A stretch of DNA of 63,967 bases, the filler included, from Octopus bimaculoides (taxonomy: Eukaryota), in assembly GCF_001194135.2 (NCBI RefSeq). It is 7 parts of 7 records of this genome, joined end to end, with 100 filler letters (N's around TTAATTAATTAA, not from the genome) between each part and the next. Parts side by side here need not be neighbours in the genome. Positions count along the whole stretch, not along the records: positions 44,567 to 61,214 come from NC_068981.1; positions 61,315 to 62,609 come from NW_026331161.1; positions 62,710 to 63,967 come from NW_026313151.1; 4 more parts are not named here. The stretch is one strand, 5' to 3'. Positions 50,101 to 63,967 of this stretch are shown in pieces; the first letter of the stretch is position 1, and each line of letters opens with the position of its first letter. The notes beneath the pieces are model-generated. The model was not told the DNA's origin, made no database searches, and saw only the letters and a program-made list of their open reading frames with translations. The translations under genes were made by a program, and so were the position numbers.

Positions 50101-52008
50101 GATGTGAAATATTAGTATTAAAACCAAGGTGCAAAACTTTACCATGAATATCATATGTGGTGAATATTGTATATTGCAAAATAAGTTAATATTGCAGCAT
50201 GTTTTTATGTGTTTGCATGTGGTTAGGTATATTCAAAGTGGGTATTAGTTCCACAGGTCGACCTCTTAGTTTACTGAAACTTCTGAATGTACAAGATTAA
50301 ATATAAACCAATGTTCCCACATTTTGCTGTGGGTGTGCACAGTAATTTGCATTTGTATGCTAGTTTTACCTTTCTTTGCAAAATATGTATATCCATGCAA
50401 GTAACCATTGCTCAAATTTCAATAAAAGAAAAAATTCTTCTTGGAAATGTTTAGTGCATACACAACTTAAAGGGAACACTGGTATGAATATAATATTTTG
50501 CTTTATTCTGTACAACAAGACAACTAATTTAAAATTAAACTGGTGAATACTATATACTTTGTACAAATGGAGAGTCCATTCATTAATTTAAACAAATCAA
50601 GTAAGCCAAAATGTGGAAGGAACAAGTAGATTGAATTTATTTATAGTGTAAGGACAATACCAAAACTACCCTCATTTAAGGTGATGAATTTTTGCAGAAT
50701 TTGGTTATCTGATTGAAACCACTCAAAAGTGTACATGCATGTGTATATATATCACAAACACACATGTATTGGAAGGGATTTGTTTTAGTAAAAAGACTAA
50801 ATTTTATATATATATATATATATATATATCATACATGTAACTGGTGGTGGCAGTAAGGCCATAGTTTAAGAAAAGAATGAGCAAAGACAAGGGGAAAAAA
50901 GAAAAAAAGGATGTGTATGAGAGAGAAGGAGGGAGAAGGGGGAAGGGGGAGGGGGTAAACTATATATTTACATATTAGAAAAATCAAAGCATAAACAACC
51001 TATTTAAAATCATTATCCATTAATAGATTGCATTAGTGTTGATTAGTAATAAATATTAAGGATTTCAAATACCTTGCTAAGTACTAGCAAACTTAACTGG
51101 CTGTAAGCATGCTGAGTAATTCATTATTTAAGGTTGGCAGCATTATATTCCAAAACAGAATATGCATGCATTCATTATACAATGTAATTTGGTTCATGCT
51201 AAACATCAGTGAGCAATCTTAGCAATAAAAAATCATCGGATTAGATTACTATTAAAAGGGGAATTTAACAAGTTCTGCCATTATAGAAACAGAAACACAT
51301 ACATAACTAACCTAATCTCATTGTTAAACAAAACTATTTACTAAAGTACAACAAACATTATTTGCTAAAATTTATACACTTCAAAACTATTTAAGTATTT
51401 GGTTTCTTAACACTATCAGAAACTTTCTTTTTTTTTAATGTGGAAATCTATATACTTGTAAAATATGGCTTCCCAGTTTTTTGANNNNNNNNNNNNNNNN
51501 NNNNNNNNNNNNNNNNNNNNNNNNNNNNNNNNNNNNNNNNNNNNNNNNNNNNNNNNNNNNNNNNNNNNNNNNNNNNNNNNNNNNNNNNNNNNNNNNNNNN
51601 NNNNNNNNNNNNNNNNNNNNNNNNNNNNNNNNNNNNNNNNNNNNNNNNNNNNNNNNNNNNNAAAACACTCCAATAACACACACACACACACACAAATATA
51701 ACAATGTATAAATACACACAGAACAGTCTCACAGCCTCAAAAAACCTTGTCAAAGAAACCTTTGTAATAAAAAACACAGCTTTTCAGAATGCTGGCAGCA
51801 AATTGTCAGACACATTGCATCTGGTCTCCTCTGCTGACAGCATTCTGAGGAAGTTTTCTGCTTTTATTTCTAACAAACATGTCTCTTTGAGAAGTTTCTT
51901 TGTGACAAAATATTAGAGCTAACACTATTCTCCATTTGTACATACATTATAACTGACCAAGACCTTGTCAGCAGATTTGAGAGACAGAAACTGAAAGAAG
52001 CCTATCAT

Positions 52009-52039
<31 letters not shown>

Positions 52040-55000
52040 CCCACCACTGCTTGACCACTGGTGTTGGTGTGTTTGTGTCTGTAACTTGCCAGGGCAGCAA
52101 AAGAGACCAATAGAATAAGTACTAGACTTAAAAACAAAAGTCCTGGGGCCAATTTGTTCAACTAAGACCCTTGAAGGCAGTGCCCCAGCAAGGCTGAAGT
52201 CAAATGACTGAAACAAGAAAAAGATAAAAAGTAAAAGAAAGATATATAATTAAAACTATTACAGGTGTGAATGCAACTGAATGAGAAAGAAGTACTCAAT
52301 ATAGTGAAGTAGAGTAGAATATGTATTCAAAGCTGTGATTGTGTAAGTCACTAAAACAGTGTCTCAAGTTTCTGCTCAGTTAGGAGCAAATTCTACTTAC
52401 AGCAAGATAGTTACACCCATAATAAGGCAGGGCATTGATGCTGCCATGTCCACTGACAAAATGATACTACTGGTTTACAATTCAATGCAAATAACATAAA
52501 TACATAAGCAAAAAACCCTTAAGATTATGAAAAGGGGATAAATACAAGATATAATTAATAATTAATGAACACTAACAAGAGTAGAGCTTTAGAGTTGAGA
52601 TGCATTTGTAATTATAAAATAAAATTAATGAAATCAATGTTATGAATTTGCAAAGTAGTGAAAATATTAAATATCATTGCTATTATGCTAAATTATCATA
52701 TATCCAAATTTGGCCAAATGCGTTTTTTTTTTTCTTTTCCAATATTTATTTTTGCTTGCAATAGCTGGTTCTTTTGGTCAAAAGAATCGTATCTCCAGCT
52801 GCTTGAGATGCCAAGATATCAAAAATTGCCCAAGTGCAGTACAACGGTTCTGCTATGGAATGGGGAAACTATTTTTTCGTTTTCTGAAAAAGCAACGTTT
52901 TGGACTTGCGATACTTTTGCATAATAACAACAATATGTAAAGATGTTTAGGGGAGCATATGAAGACATATTTTCAGAGAATCTATTGTCTACAAATAGTT
53001 TAGCTGTCAGTGAAATAAGGTAGTCACAAATTTATAAAGAGACTGAATAGCTAGGCTTATACTGAATGTGAGAGCAAGAGTCTTGCTTATGATAAGCATA
53101 TACAATAGATGAGGGAGATGTATATTCATATCAACTCACATACTTATGATAACATATATAAACACATCCTATTTCCAGTAATTACAATTTACAAAATATA
53201 TATATGAATATGGAATGTATGAGCAAGATGTGATCCTCTGACCTCTCTAGAAGAGTATTTAACTCCAAATTAAAACTGATTTAGGCCATGACACCCACCC
53301 ATTTATGTTAACACACATAATGGACATAAAAATGATGATAGGTTTTATACATACATTCATATAAACCTATTTTAGTAAAAAAATAAGAGAGCTCTATATC
53401 TGTATATTTCACTCATATTAAAAAAAAAACTATGGTGGAAATTCCAAATGCACACTGAAACTGAATTTTATTAAAGTCTTGCACTCAATTTACTGTTGTA
53501 CAATATTTGACAAAAGCAGAAATAACATATGGTATATAAATGAAGAGCATGTAAATGAAGTATTTATAGAGATAACTGAAGTTGAATAGAAAAATATCAA
53601 ATCACTAAGCAAATCAACAAAATCATGATCATGCAAAAGAAATAAAGAAAAATATACAACGCAAACTAATTACAAGTATCAATAATATTCCATTAGATAA
53701 TTCTTGTTCACAAACTATAGCATGATTTTTTTTTTTAATTCTTTCATTTTAAGAAATTTACTTGGACAGTTTTCAACATCTCAAAAGTCAAAAACACAAT
53801 TTCTGATTACAAATTAACTATAGGAATTTCCCAGGTTATTGGATTATAAACAAATGCACAATTTTTGGGTGGTTTGCTATACTATCTTCAATTTGGTTTA
53901 CAGAATCTCATTCAGAATATTGTATCTGTTTAAACTGATTTACTATGCTTATTTTCAGAGCAGAGATTCTCAAACTCTTTCTTCCATTATATCCTGTCAT
54001 GTCCAGAATTGGTTTAACTCCTGTGAAGAATATCGAGTAAAACAGATTTAGATACCATAGAAGTCAATAGATATGCATTATTTATTAAATTTAAAAGTGT
54101 TCAACATTGCCTTTCATTCTTTGACAGTAGATGGAATGAAGACTAGGCTAAATATGACTGTCTCCTCCCACAGTATTTCATATAATATTACAGGTTTAAC
54201 CCTCATTCACAATTATAAGTGGATTGGAACAGGAAATATTTTCTAGACACACATGTTGCATTTATTTTGTTGTGATTGCTTCAAAATTCCAGTGTCTTTT
54301 TTTAAACCTTGTGTACTCTAATTTCTTTTGCATATGCCTAGGAGCATATCTTGTGTAAGAAGCCTTATTCTAGAGGGGGTAGTTTGATTCTAATGTAGCA
54401 AGATGTTAAATCACAGCATTTTATCTAAGCATATTGAATCCATGTGTTATATTGTACATTTTTATAAAATAGGCCAATTAATGTGACACCATTATTGCAG
54501 TTCTAAATATCTATATAGACACTTTAGAAATTCATGTGCAAATATCCAAATTCTTAGTACCATCCCATCAATGCTATTTTTGTACAGTAGAACAAAATTG
54601 CTACAATCAGTTACTATTTTTTCTACTACGCAAAAAGACTACTTTTGCTAGTTCAAACAACTTCAGGATCTCAGTGACAAAACACAGGGGTGATTTTAAA
54701 GGAAAGATCTGAACTTAGTCTGCCAAGTTTACAAAGCAATTAATAATAATATAGCACTCCCACTGCTTGCGCCATCAAGAATGAATATTTACAGCTAGTT
54801 AGACAGAACCATAGAAAATTTGCCATGGACACAGTGCAAGTGTCATGTTACATGCACTATTGTCCTTTTAGCCAGGTTTGACACTATCTACAAGTATGAT
54901 TTATATTTAAATATAAATATCAGTAACAGCTGTAGATAGAAGCAAATTCAAAGTAGTAAAGAGCAATATAAAAATACTTTCAAGAGACTTCAGTTAGCCT

Positions 55001-55901
55001 ATTTAAAATCAAAATTTTGGTCTGTTCATGTTCTTAACATTGGCAATTTAAAAACTATTCACTAACAGCATAAAAAAATTTATAAAATCAAATGAAGTTT
55101 TAGTTTCAATCGTAGTTGTTTTGTATTGCATTGAAACCTAATATCATTTCAACTTGAAAACAGTCTTTTTCTTGTTTTTGTTTACTCAAGAATTATGTTC
55201 AGTAAAACTTAATCCTTTAAACATTTGAGCAGATGGACATATTTTCATTAATATAAATAACGTTCTCAGCAGAAAATCATTTTTATTTTTTGATCTCAAA
55301 ATTTATGGATTTTGATTCTAAAATGTATTAAAATAATTTATTGTAAAACTCAAAAGTAATTTATTTGATAAAGAGATGCATAGTGAAATTATTTTACATT
55401 ATCGAGATAAAAATAATGAAAATAGTTTAAAGAATAACTGAATTGCATTTATGTAACAAGATTAACTTGTAAAAATATTTTACAAAGATTTCAAGAAGGT
55501 AGATTTTATCAAAATTCTTTGTACCCACTAAAACCACCATAAATCTATTTATACTTTATACTGCATTGAGTCATCAATTTCCTGCTAAATTTACTCATTG
55601 ATTAAGAATATAGATGCCATTTGAAACCTAAGCAATACGCAAAAGATGCAAATGCAGATGCAGATGAGAACACTTGATTTCATATTCTAAGTAATCAATA
55701 ATGAGACTAATTAACTTAATGACTAATTCTAATCAACACTATACATACACCAGAAGTAACTCCAGGATGCTTCTACTTGGTTGCTCAACCTGCTACAATT
55801 AACAACCAAATCTCCAAGTCACACTAGAAGAATACATTGGATCATATAATTCTTAGTGTCACTATATATAAACACTTCTGGTGTTTATATATAGATAGAT
55901 A

Positions 55902-56340
55902 TAATTGATGAAAGAAACGGAATTTGGATTTGGAATTAGTATATTCAGCATGATGATCGCTTTGACCCCCCTCCTGTGGCTGACCTTTATGGGTGGGATG
56001 TTGTGCATCCAATTGTGTTGCATCACTGATGTGCAGTCTGGGTCACATCAGATACATGCATACATAAAGTGGTGTCATGCTAAATATATTGAGTTTTCGC
56101 AGTCATGTTGATGTTTGTCTGCTGTACCAGTGAATGGGGACAGTGAGAACTTAATATATTTAACGGGACATCACTTAATGTATTTATGTACCTGATGTGA
56201 CCCAGACAGCACTAATCAGTGCAACACAACCGGATGTACAACATCCCACCCATAAAGGACAGTTGCAGGAGGGGTCGAAATGATCGTTGTACTGAATAAA
56301 GACTAATGCCAAATCCATCTTCTGTCTCCTTCTTCAATTA
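55902..56340. repeat. Long inverted repeat / foldback (MITE-like)
   Basis: Arms 55902-56095 and 56148-56340 are reverse complements over ~190 bp with scattered mismatches; termini TAATTG...CAATTA. Confidence 0.9.
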
Positions 56341-58649
56341 TTATTATTATTATCTCAACTAACACTGCGGAATTCCTGAAGTAGATCCAGCAGAAATATA
56401 CCCCAACTGTGGATGATTCTAGGTAACCCAAACTATGAATGTGCTTCACACAATACACTAATTGACATATACCCATTAGTTCAAAATATTACATATATAC
56501 ATAAACAACATGGTCATGGCAGGAATGCATTACTGACCAAAGTAGTTTCTTCCAAAAAAAAACAAAAAAAAATCACTTATTTCCAATTTTAAATCTAATT
56601 TTGTCCCTTGCTTATCTAGAATAAGACAAAATCCATCAGTAAGGGAGCACCAGTATCCAAAAAGCTATAAACACTGAAAATTCACATTAACAGACAAGAT
56701 AGGTTGCCATTACTCTTGTCAATGCTGAATTCTCTACACACTATTGTTAAAGTTACTTGTACAGTGCAGGTATGCCTTAATAACACTTAACATTTTACCA
56801 GCTTTAAAATGTATTTAAATATATTAATAGCATAAGAAATACAACTTCGATAGGTTTCAGCCAGTATAGGCCCAGGCCATGTCTAAATTATAATGTCTAA
56901 TAGCACCACCTGGTATATAATGGTATATTTTATATCTTTATTATTTATGCCTGACACCGCTTTGCTTGCAGGGATGTTGATAATGAAGGTGGAAGCAGAA
57001 CATCCATAAAGGTTTGAGGAACAAAAGCCAGGAATGACTTTAAAGGCTGTATGATCTATTGTGAGAACATTTGTTCTTGTTGATCTTGCTATATACGTGT
57101 GCAAGTTTGAATGAGCTGGAAATCTGTAGAACTAATACACACACCACATTTAGCTTTTAAATCTGAGAAAGTTAGTTTTTCACTGATTTATACTAAAGTA
57201 TGTGTGGCCCTGCTGTTGGGCTTACATCCACATACTCAGAATTTCTTCTTTATATCTCTCTCATTATTGAGAGTCATTCCCAAATAACTATCACGGATTG
57301 TATTAATACAGAAAGTTTTACAAACTCATGATGTGTGCTTTTTAAAAATTATTGCAACAATGGGCAGATTCATCTAATGAGGAATTGTCAGGTTTATGAC
57401 TTTATCTTTTTTTTACCTCTTCAACTTCACTTTATAATGTTCATCTTGTTTTTCAACATAACAGTTCAACACTTCTTGCTATATCATTATTACCACTGGC
57501 TCCACTCTTACACATCTAAGACATGTTCAGTGGGTAGAAAACCACGATTATAGGTAACACCATGACATCACATAGAGACAACAACAATTGTTTTGTTTTA
57601 CAGAATGATGTTGACTAATGCCATCAACTGTGCTGCAGTTGGAGTTCTGAAAAGATGCAGTGTTCAAAATATGAATTAACAGATACAACTGTTCAGATCT
57701 TTGACAATTCATAACTTGTCAATAGGGGCACTTGTGAAATAAAATATTTTAAGTTAAAAGATAAAGCTTATATAAATATGTAAGACAAAAAGAGATGAAG
57801 CATTAGGTGATATATAACAGTTCTGGTATGGAAATTATCTTCCATACTAGATAATTTGCTCATTGTTTTAAGAATACTTCTTTGTTAAAATTTAAAAATC
57901 TAATTTAGTATCCATTCAATCTGTAGGAAGTTCAAAAAAAAATCTATATAATCTTCAGTAACTACTAACTTAAATACCAAAAGGATCATCAATTTTGAAA
58001 GGTGGTATGTATCACTTGACTGGTAAACAAATTATAACAGTAATAGTTGGAAGGATAATGTAAGCTCAAAGGCCATGGAAATGGTAGGAGAAAGAATCAG
58101 TTGAGAGACTGGGTTACTAACAATCCTCTTCTGCACAATTATCAAAGCAATCAGATTGAATTCAATAGCTGATAATTGACTGACTTCATAAAATATACTC
58201 ACTAACAAAGAGTATTAGATATTTGAAATGAAACTAAACTGAGTTTATAATTATGACAGGCAGGATTAGTTACAATAAAAATCCAAATACATTTTTAATC
58301 ATCCTATATATAACAAATTTAAGTGATACTTATCTTTATACATATATGTGTAGGTGTAACTGAGACTTCTGGCAATTTGCTGTGCATGAGAAGACATGTC
58401 AAGCTAAGTAAATCACGGTCGTTACCCGTGTTGGTGAGACATAAAAAAAAACTCACAGTAGACTCTGTAAAGTGGTTGGCTTTATGGAAGGGCGTCCAGC
58501 TGTAGAAACCAACCCAAAACAAATGATTGGAGCCTGGTGCAGCTTTCTTGCTTACCAGCTCGAGTTAAGCCATCTAACCCATTCCAGCATGGAGAACGGA
58601 CGTTAAATGATAACTATGCATACATACATATATATATGTATACATTTTA

Positions 58650-58680
<31 letters not shown>

Positions 58681-58681
58681 G

Positions 58682-58729
<48 letters not shown>

Positions 58730-59266
58730 NNNNNNNNNNNNNNNNNNNNNNNNNNNNNNNNNNNNNNNNNNNNNNNNNNNNNNNNNNNNNNNNNNNNNNN
58801 NNNNNNNNNNNNNNNNNNNNNNNNNNNNNNNNNNNNNNNNNNNNNNNNNNNNNNNNNNNNNNNNNNNNNNNNNNNNNNNNNNNNNNNNNNNNNNNNNNNN
58901 NNNNNNNNNNNNNNNNNNNNNNNNNNNNNNNNNNNNNNNNNNNNNNNNNNNNNNNNNNNNNNNNNNNNNNNNNNNNNNNNNNNNNNNNNNNNNNNNNNNN
59001 NNNNNNNNNNNNNNNNNNNNNNNNNNNNNNNNNNNNNNNNNNNNNNNNNNNNNNNNNNNNNNNNNNNNNNNNNNNNNNNNNNNNNNNNNNNNNNNNNATT
59101 TGGCAGAGTTTCTACAGCTGGATGCCCTTCCTAACGCCAACCACTCAGAGAGTGTAGTGGGTGCTTTTACGTGTCACCCGCACGAAAACGGCCACGCTCG
59201 AAATGGTGTCTTTTATGTGCCACCCGCACAAGAGCCAGCCCAGGGGCACTGGCAACGATCTCGCTC

Positions 59267-59297
<31 letters not shown>

Positions 59298-59302
59298 TAC
59301 AT

Positions 59303-59351
<49 letters not shown>

Positions 59352-59678
59352 TACACATATATACACACACATACTCATGGCACTCCATCAGTTCCAACAA
59401 AGAGAGTTCCAGTTGATCCGATCAACGGAACAGCCAGCTCGTGAATTAACGTGCAAGTGGCTGAGCACTCTACAAACATGTGTACCCTTAATGTAGTTCT
59501 CAGGGAGGGTCAGCGTGATAAGACTAATCCTTTGAAATATAGGTACAAGATAAACAGGTAGAAAGAGTGAGAGAAATTTGAGATGAAATAGTACAGCAGG
59601 GGTCGTCATTACCCCCTACTGTGAGTCTAGTGCCCTAACCACAGGGCCACAGCACATCTGCATACACAGAAACGTGTG

Positions 59679-59728
<50 letters not shown>

Positions 59729-59837
59729 TATAGACATGCATACATAAACATACGAACACACACATATAGACATGCATACATAAACATACGAACACACGCA
59801 TATAGACATGTATACTTAAACACACACACACACTTTT

Positions 59838-60018
59838 CTCTTTTACATGTTTCAGTCATTTGACTGCGGCCACACTGGAGCACCATCTTTTAGTCGAGCT
59901 TCTGGAAGCCTGGTACTTATTCTATTGATCTCTTGTCGAACCACTAAGTTACAGGGACGTAAGGACGCCAGCATCGGTTGTCAAGCGATGCTGGGGGGAC
60001 AAACACAGACACAAACGT

Positions 60019-60057
<39 letters not shown>

Positions 60058-60220
60058 ATTATACGACGGGCTTATTTCAGTTTCCGTCTACCAAATCCAC
60101 TCACAAGGCCTTGGTCGGCCCGAGGCTGTAGTAGAAGACACTTGCCCAAGGTGCCACGCAGTGGGAATGAACCCCAAACCATGTGGTTGGTAAGCAAGCT
60201 ACTTACCATACAGCCACTCC
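59838..60220 (-). mobile_element. SINE A+B with internal (TA)n/(TG)n microsatellite
   Basis: Same head and body as 37924-38250, separated by a dinucleotide tract at ~60010-60062. Confidence 0.8.
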
Positions 60221-60229
60221 CGGACTATA

Positions 60230-61214
60230 TATTTACACACACATGTACATACATATATACACACATATATACATACATATATACACACACATATATACAT
60301 ACATATATACACACACATATACACAAACATATACACACACACATGTCCATACATATATACACACACACACATGTCCATACATACATATACACACACACAC
60401 ATGTCCATACATACATACACACACACACACATGTCCATACATACATACACACACACACATGTCCATACATACACATGTGCATACATACACACACATACNN
60501 NNNNNNNNNNNNNNNNNNNNNNNNNNNNNNNNNNNNNNNNNNNNNNNNNNNNNNNNNNNNNNNNNNNNNNNNNNNNNNNNNNNNNNNNNNNNNNNNNNNN
60601 NNNNNNNNNNNNNNNNNNNNNNNNNNNNNNNNNNNNNNNNNNNNNNNNNNNNNNNNNNNNNNNNNNNNNNNNNNNNNNNNNNNNNNNNNNNNNNNNNNNN
60701 NNNNNNNNNNNNNNNNNNNNNNNNNNNNNNNNNNNNNNNNNNNNNNNNNNNNNNNNNNNNNNNNNNNNNNNNNNNNNNNNNNNNNNNNNNNNNNNNNNNN
60801 NNNNNNNNNNNNNNNNNNNNNNNNNNNNNNNNNNNNNNNNNNNNNNNNNNNNNNNNNNNNNNNNNNNNNNNNNNNNNNNNNNNNNNNNNNNNNNNNNNNN
60901 NNNNNNNNNNNNNNNNNNNNNNNNNNNNNNNNNNNACACACACACACATGTCCATACATACATACACACACACACACATGTCCATACATACATACACACA
61001 CACACACATGTCCATACATACATACACACACACACATGTCCATACATACACATGTGCATACATACACACACATACACATGTGCATACATACACACACACA
61101 CACGTGCATACATACACACACACACACACACATGTGCATACATACACACACACACACACACATGTGCATACATACACACACACACACACACATGTGCATA
61201 CATACACACACACA
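60230..61214. repeat. CA-rich minisatellite (unit approx. ACACACACATGTCCATACATACAT)
   Basis: Directly visible on both sides of the internal gap. Confidence 0.9.
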
Positions 61215-61739
61215 NNNNNNNNNNNNNNNNNNNNNNNNNNNNNNNNNNNNNNNNNNNNTTAATTAATTAANNNNNNNNNNNNNNNNNNNNNNNNNNNNNN
61301 NNNNNNNNNNNNNNGGCCTGCAATCGCCTGATTGCAGGCCCCAAAAAAGGCATGAAATGGCTGAAGGATTATATATATATACATATATATACAGAGAGAC
61401 AGATAGATAGATAAATAAATAGACATAATATGCCTAGCAGTTGATGCATACTACCTCTGGATCCCCTCCATTTTATTCTTGCAGTATAAATTAAGGGTAA
61501 AACCACTTGTTACCCTCGCCCATTTATTACGCTAAGTAGTGTAATTGCCACGCAATAACCAACACTTGTGTATTAATAATTGGGTATTCTACCAGCGGTA
61601 TATTAGATAGATACTATTCCTTAGTTGGTTGGATTCACAACCTCTAACTCTTTTTGAATTAAATTAATAGAGCTTTCTATTACTATCACTTGTCTATATC
61701 TACACTGTGAGTACACATGAGCATAGTATAACAGGCCCT

Positions 61740-62609
61740 CAAGATGAATACTGCTGGCAAAATGGAGCTGATAAAGATGGACTCATCACTGAAGGACATA
61801 CCAATCCCACCTAAAGACGCATATCTCAAGGAACTAATATTCAGAATGAATTCGTTCTTAGAATTTGATGGAAGGTATATCACCATGAAAGGAAAGTAAA
61901 CCAGTTGGACTCAAGAACGTGCAACGATCACAACTCTAGAACTGATAACACTGAAATATTGGAATTTACCAAACATACATTCAAATCCAGAAAAGCACCA
62001 ACTAACAAGCACCTAGATAACTTTGAACATGAACTCTGGAGTGTCATTAAAAACATCAAGTTTAAAAACCACCCCCTCAGGCACAATCCATACCAGAGAA
62101 AATTGAAAGAACTTATAAGAACCTTAGATACCAAAAATGGTATTTTAACGGATTCAGACAAACCTAGAAACATACAATATTGACCCTAAGATATACCATG
62201 AATTCCTACATAGAGAAATCACAAAAATATGTAAGGTAGTACCGAATAGCACACTAAAGAAGATAAACCTAGAAGCCAGAAATATAATGCTAGATTTTAT
62301 TTTAGGTGCAAAACAGAACCTTTTACTCCAATTAGACCCCGCATAACAACTAAGGACCACAAAGAAAACTTCCCTAGTAAAACACAGGTTAGATTAATGT
62401 GTCCCAACAAATGCGACAGAGGTAAACTTAATAAAGTAATCTTAGATAAATATCTGTCAACGCTCAAAAATAAAATCAAACTAGAACTATGGAAAAACAC
62501 ACAAGGTACACTGGATTGTTTCTCCAATATACAGATAGAAAATAGATATAACCAAATTCATACAAATCGATATACAGAACTATTATGCATCTATAAACCC
62601 TATTGTCCT
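61740..62609 (+). mobile_element. Penelope-like element reverse transcriptase remnant
   Basis: SLKDIPIPPKDAYLKELI; KDHKENFPSKTQVRLMCP; KFIQIDIQNYYASINP (RT motif A-like); stops and frameshifts; ends at gap. Confidence 0.7.
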
Positions 62610-62837
62610 NNNNNNNNNNNNNNNNNNNNNNNNNNNNNNNNNNNNNNNNNNNNTTAATTAATTAANNNNNNNNNNNNNNNNNNNNNNNNNNNNNNNNNNN
62701 NNNNNNNNNTATATGAATATATACAGATATATACATATATATATAGATATAGATATAAATATATTCATACATATATATATATATAATATATATACCAATA
62801 CATAAATATATTTATACATGTGTATACATATACATAC

Positions 62838-62869
<32 letters not shown>

Positions 62870-63006
62870 TTGCATATATATATATATACACATGTACGTA
62901 AAAGTGTAAATACACTTGTATATAGATATAGGCATATATATTTATATATACATGAATGTATATGTCTGTCTATCTATCTGTCTATATATACATATATATA
63001 TGTATG

Positions 63007-63039
<33 letters not shown>

Positions 63040-63669
63040 AGGTGGGTATATATAGATATTTGTGTGTATACATACAGATACACAAATTTACCTATATATT
63101 TATCTATAAAAAAACCCGTTATACATGCATATAGAAAGGCGTATGTCATGTCCAGGTAAACACATATTTCTGTGCTTGTATACATATATCTATGTCTGTG
63201 TCTGTGTATGTATATATATATATATTCATCCACATGAACATACAGAAAGAGTCACGTACACACACACACACACACACATTCGCATAATCTATACACCCAC
63301 ACATATATACGCATAAATATCCTTGCACAGACACATACATACATTCATAAATATATATAATATATATATGTCTGTGTGTGTGTGTGTGTGTGTGTGTAAA
63401 TTAATTTAATATGAGGAAACCCAGCGTGTGTCTTTATGTCCATGTTGCGGTCCTGCTAACTGGCAATCCCAGAATGAAACCACGCAATATAACTCCACAG
63501 GAATTTAAGCAGATTTCTCTTATTCTATAGAAATAACACATCTACTACAATAATATCCGTTTCTTTCTTTCCTTTTTTTCTTCTTCTTCTTTTTTGTTAC
63601 TCACATTTTTTTCCCAGGAAATATATAATGCAATTATGAAACACCTGTGAAAAAAACTGATGCATACGT

Positions 63670-63731
<62 letters not shown>

Positions 63732-63741
63732 GTACGTATAC

Positions 63742-63787
<46 letters not shown>

Positions 63788-63935
63788 GTATATATATGTA
63801 TATGTACATGTACATGTATATGTATATATATATATGTACATATTTATATGTATATGTATATATATCATATATATGTATGTTATGTGTTATGTATATATAT
63901 AAAATTATATATCAAAAATATATATATATGTGTAT

Positions 63936-63967
<32 letters not shown>

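Noticed and set aside
56380-56426. KYTPTVDDS resembling a Ras-family switch I
   Set aside because: Isolated 9-mer, followed by a stop, with no P-loop or other G-box exon found
44567-61214. Downstream RPGRIP1L exons (FYVFDD...YLG...VPL) and upstream EF1/EF2 exons in 18300-36600
   Set aside because: Searched by eye on the expected strands and not found; probably in gaps or in contigs placed elsewhere

Overview
Repeat-dense, AT-rich animal draft-assembly window with many N gaps. The repeat families and Q-rich Gypsy gag resemble an octopod/cephalopod genome (inferred from recalled repeat families, not verified). Six 100-bp gap blocks carry an artificial TTAATTAATTAA linker and split the window into independently joined pieces (1-21742, 21843-27809, 27910-36647, 36748-44466, 44567-61214, 61315-62609, 62710-end), so adjacency across them is uncertain. 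Two partial protein-coding genes could be spliced by hand. (1) A minus-strand calmodulin-like EF-hand gene: last four coding exons at 18229-18120, 17944-17854, 16166-16110 and 14674-14625; the 5' exons were not found. (2) A plus-strand RPGRIP1L/fantom orthologue: 13 exons or exon pieces from 36748 to 44019, covering the end of the coiled coil, the C2-N domain and the start of the C2-C domain; both ends are missing. The rest is SINEs, microsatellites and TE relics: Tc1, mariner-like, RTE LINEs, RLE-type LINEs, a 1.56-kb internally deleted Gypsy element with both LTRs, PBS and PPT, and a Penelope-like RT. Best leads: several hammerhead-ribozyme-like motifs (one sense-strand in an RPGRIP1L intron), an in-frame alternative last exon that would give the EF-hand protein a hydrophobic tail, a ~2.7-kb decayed intronless ORF of unknown origin inside a sharply CpG-depleted 12-kb domain, and a 440-bp foldback. 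All analyses were done by eye; no searches were run.
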